Assembly: GCA_001724265.1 (NCBI GenBank)
Contig: MEDY01000042.1
Span: 124,001 to 188,000, forward strand
Direction of reading: 5' to 3'
From: Rhizaria sp. SCN 62-66
Lineage: Eukaryota
DNA length: 64,000 nucleotides
In this document: in pieces, positions 59,701 to 64,000 of the stretch
Position numbering within the stretch: the stretch's first letter is position 1
How the letters are laid out: each line of letters starts with the position of its first letter
Notes under the pieces: model-generated
What the model was told of the DNA's origin: nothing
Database searches by the model: none
Seen by the model: the letters and a program-made list of their open reading frames with translations, nothing else
Translations under genes and position numbers: made by a program

Positions 59701-62700
59701 AAGTTCATAATCAAGTTGCCAATAACGTCGTATGTGACAACGGGAACAGTGACGTAGCGCTTAATAATGTCGAGGATGCCTGACCACGGGTTCGTGAGGC
59801 TTGGCGCAGGCTGCGGCGTACCAACAGCGTACGACACAGTCTGTGCGTATATGGCGTTCGTGTAAGGGTTGACCGCCTGCACTGTGATTCCACTAAGCGA
59901 AGCGACAGAGCGCGCGTTGGACACAGGCGTGCACCACACATTCATGACCGTGTCGGCCGAGTTGGGGATCTGCGAATAATCGCCATGGATAACTACCTGC
60001 ACCATGCGCGTCTCGACGTTGATCGTGGTCTTGGCGTTCATGCCGTACGGTGTTGTGCCGCCAAACACGAGCCGGCAGTTAGTGCTGCTCGTCAACGCGT
60101 AGCCAGTGACGGGCCAACCAAACCGCAGCGCCATGCCGGAGACGAACTTCCAGTTGATCGGCTTGATGCGCACGTTGTACTGATACTCGCCGTTAACGCT
60201 ACGCACTGCAACCATGTCGGAGCCGCCTGCGCCGAGCGTGAAAGGGGCAACTTCAGGCAGCGTGAAGTCGAGACTCTGTGAGATGAGCTGGCGGTGCGGC
60301 GTTGTGACTGTGACAACCATGCCTGAAGTGAGAGGTGTTGCGTCAGGTGGGTTGCGGATGTGGTCGCAGACCAACACGGTCATGTCACTCGCGGTTGTCG
60401 GCAGAGGCACAAAGGGCACAAACGTGACGATGCTGGCTTGCTTCGACACCTCGGTCATACCTGGGATAACGACACCGTTGTGCTTTACAGTACACTGCGT
60501 CATTGCGCCCGTCGCGACGGAGTAGTCACCGGGCAGCGTGAACGAGATGAGCTCACCAGGACGCAGGGACACGCCATTAGCAATGCTGCCGATAGTGATC
60601 GTGAGCGTTGTAAGGTCGTTGGGCGCAGCAGAGCTCGATGTGACATTTGCCTTTGTTAAACCCAATGGGCGTACTACGGCGTTCGGTAACAACACACTGT
60701 CAGGAGAGAGCTGTGGCACTGCAAGTGTCGCAAATGCAGACGAGACGGATGCTGCAACACGCGAAACACTGCCATCAACGTTCATTGTACTTAGGGCATC
60801 GCTGTAGCTATATAGGCCGCCAATCGAGAAAATGCCGAGCTGTGCATAACGCGGGTCAAACGCAACACCGCGCGCGTTGCGGACGTTCTGGCAGACAAAC
60901 AGTCCGTCGACGTGGCCAGATGGCAACTGCGGGCTTGGCGGTGTCGGTGTAAACGTGATGCGCAGCGGCGCCGGCGCGGCGGGAGGCTGCGTGACCTCAC
61001 CGGGGATAATCACAGCGGCTCCACCAACTTGGGGCGTGAGTTGCAGCGTGCATGTAATGTTGCCCGCGGCTGCGTAGTCGTCGGGCAAGACAAGGTAGAG
61101 CTCGTTCGAGGGCCGGAAGACCTGCGCTGAGCCCGCCTTAAACGTCACATTAATTGACGTCTGAGCGTAGACAAGCGCGTCCTGGAAAGTTATCACCGCG
61201 CCCGTGGCAATGTTGTAGTCAGTGATTTCGTCAAGTGTGCCGTCGTTGTTGTAAGCAATCTCAACAGCAGTGCCGTTGAAAGGTGATGGCGCGGTGATCG
61301 TTGTCGTGATGTTACTCCATGGCCCAGCGGCAACACTTCCCGTCTGGATGTCAGTGCACGTGATTGTGAACGTAGTGCCAGCGGGCCATGTTACAAAGAG
61401 GTCAGGGTGTGCCTTAGCGACAGTCACAGTTCCGTTGGTTAAAGCCTCAACAAAGTAATCACCTTTGTTCGCTTCATCGTCGCCAAACCAACATTTCGTG
61501 CTGCTTGTAATCACACCAGCGTCGGGCGGGAGCCAGCACGAAACGGTGTTATACTCACCAAAACCAGTGTGCACATTGCTGATATCAACCGTCAGTGTGG
61601 CGATCGAGTCGACCGTGGGAGGCGTCAGAGTCAACACAACATCGTCGAGCATCCGCGGCGAGCTGAGAACACAATCCTGCGTGTCACTGCCTGTACCGGA
61701 GATCTCGCCCGGGTTGCCGCCACTTAATATGGTGATCTCAACCAAACTTAGAGCTGGCGTGCCCAGATTGTTCGGCAGCACCTCGGGGCCGCACCGCAAC
61801 AACACTTCATTGTTGCCTGGAATTGCATCACCAAGCTCAATGCTCACAGTAGACATAGCAGCACTAAATGTTGCGAGCGTGATATTAATATCCGTGCCGT
61901 TGGCGTACTGCAGCACGCAGTCGGCTTGCGGCACTGAGGTGAAAACGAAGCCGCCATTAGTGATATTAACAAAAATTGCATCGCCGACTTCAAGATCCCA
62001 TTGGAATCCCTCTGGAAAAGTCATTGTCAGAGGTGTCGGCTGGTTGCCAATGACAGTGTCACGAGTGACCTGTACGGTAATGTTGTAAGGGAGAACGTCG
62101 GGAATATCTGCATTCTGGACGGAAGGCTGTGCTCCCCTGATAACAGTCGTAATATTCGCACTTAGCCGCAGACCACTCACAGCAAAACGAGGCTGCTTGA
62201 AGCCCTCACAGGTCAGAGCAAGGTTCGTATTTGTGCCAAGTTCCGGGGTAACACTAGGCTGCACATGAATAGTAGCGTCTGCGCCACTCATTACAATGCT
62301 GGAGAAAGGGATGTTGCCATAGCTGGTTTCACAGTCAGATAAACTGTTGACCGAGCTGGCGGCATAAGGAAGAGGGAAGATAAAGTCGAACGTTGTGGTG
62401 TTTAAGACAAGCTCTGGTAGAACACTAATCGTGATCAAAACAGTGCTTATGTCCGCAATGTGCGTCGGTGTTGGCACGAAATCAACGGTGAAGACATCTT
62501 GACCAAAAGAGTTCTCCCACTTAAACTCCGGTAGCATGGCCAATGCAGTAAAGATAGTCACTGGGCCGTCCTTGCCATATACTGTGAGTGGGCTTGCCGC
62601 AGTGGGGCTCGTCGGACCGTTGAGCTTGTCACATTCCACCACTGAGCCCGGGGAGAAGGTGTACGCGCGGACTGCAGGCGTCGACGGCATAGTGAAGGTC

Positions 62701-64000
62701 AACACTCCGCCGCTGAGTGTAGCCGGCACTGTGATATTCTCATTGGGTCCGCTGGCAACGGGGAGAGACAGCGTGCAGACCGTGACCGGCGATGTCATCA
62801 GTGACATCGTCAAGGGCATCTCGTTAACTTCCACGATGTGGCCAGAGTACAGAGAGAATGCCACGCCGGAGATCGTGAGCGTGAACACTGTGGGCTCGAG
62901 GGCGTACCGAGGCGCGGCATCAACCGCGGCGTTGACACCAGTAATAACGCTGAGAATGGGAATGTTGTCATCAGCAATGCCGACAAGGCCGCCGTTGGGA
63001 TCAGTCACAGTCACTTCAACAGGCACATTCACGGGGGCGGCTGCGGGGGGGTGAGGAGTAACACCATCGCAAACGATGATGACCTCAGACACAGTTGCAC
63101 CAGACACGCTGGTGTTGACTAAGAAAGTTGTGCTGCCAAGCGGTGTCGCCGTGAGAATTACACCCGGAGTCCCAGAGGTGCAAGAGCCCGTGAAAACCAA
63201 GTCGGGCGCCGTGAGAGTAATAGTATCACCATCGTGGATGCCGCCGCTCGGTGTGACCGTGACTGTAAGCTCGCTCTCCACGTCTTTAACCGGCGTGGTC
63301 AGCTCGGCATCTACGGTCATAGACGCAGACCCAAGCGTATAGTTCGCGTTGGAGGTGAAGGCCAGCACATTGAACTCGTTGTACACGGCAACAGCCGCTG
63401 TTTGTGTCACAGGCACAGCACGCGGGGTGTTGATCTTGCATTCGTAACCGATAGTAGTGAGGGCTACAATGTTAAAACTGACCGATGTAAACAATATGGT
63501 GATTACCAAATCGTCAGATGTTAAGCCCTGGTCCGCTGAAAAGGAGATGGTCACGGGTGATCCTTCGTTGACAGTCATTATGCACTCATGCACATTGGCG
63601 CCCGTGGGAGGGCCGAAGCCAGGCAGGGTCACCTGCAGAAAGTCGCTCGAGAGGAAGACTGTGTTGGCTGTGAACTGACCGGAAAGAGTGACGTTTGCGG
63701 ACTGCGCAGTCGGTGGCGTTAGCGACAACATGCTCCCCGAAACTGAGATTGCGACCACTGGGCCCAGAACAACCGTGGCAGTGTTTGTGATTGGGAAGTC
63801 ATTTGGTGCAAGCACGGTAAAGTTGTGCTTGTAAGGGTCAGTCGCGCCAAGTGCAGACGGGTTGGCAGCTCCTGTACACGAAATCTTGATTGAGGCGCCA
63901 GATGGAGTGCCATAAGTGAACGGTGCACCCACTGACAAGCCGAGTTTGAGACTCGTAAGCGGGTCAATCACAGAATTGGGTGATATTGAGTACTTGCTGC
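56760..64000 (-). CDS. Large type-I membrane/surface protein (>2,400 aa, 5' end outside the window): repeated beta-rich T/V/S/P units with paired Cys, a Cys-rich juxtamembrane module, a TM helix and a short tail; one in-frame TAG at 59150-59148
   Basis: ORFs 59148..63971 and 56760..59147 abut in frame, and the frame is open to the window edge. TM segment PVLVTVLAVAAATVALLW is followed by RRR. Ends TAA. Confidence 0.85.
59148..59150 (-). other. In-frame TAG (STYAVAT*VQGTTLRLTL)
   Basis: Minus strand GCA ACT TAG GTG CAG; over 1,600 open codons before and 795 after. Confidence 0.85.

Noticed and set aside
726-63971. Reading the four TAG-containing genes as pseudogenes or as eight separate genes
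   Set aside because: Catalytic and structural motifs are intact on both sides, there are no AT-rich spacers at the TAGs, and apart from one indel there are no other lesions.

Overview
Gene-dense window from a microbial eukaryote (protist-like; taxon not identifiable from the sequence). Exons are GC-rich, and introns (99-214 nt) and intergenic spacers are short and AT-richer. I reconstruct 12 protein-coding genes: a partial gene at the left edge, a giant WDR59/Sea3-like GATOR2 subunit, dynein light chain LC8, NUF2, XPG/RAD2, a RAD9-like 9-1-1 subunit, an AcpS-type PPTase, SDA1, an RCC1-repeat protein, two hypothetical proteins and a large type-I surface protein running off the right edge. Main signal: four genes each contain one in-frame TAG with the frame continuing open on both sides, while all 11 visible terminators are TAA (6) or TGA (5). 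This points to a nuclear code or recoding in which UAG alone is read as sense. Second signal: a 12-bp motif GCTCACRGTCAC occurs at least 17 times, on both strands, in five codon phases and in intergenic DNA. Also seen: an invariant GTAC 5' splice site (12/12 introns), near-perfect strand alternation with divergent promoters rich in Myb/MSA-like (A/G)ACGG sites, and strong low-complexity inflation of some proteins. All family assignments come from motif recognition by eye, not database searches.
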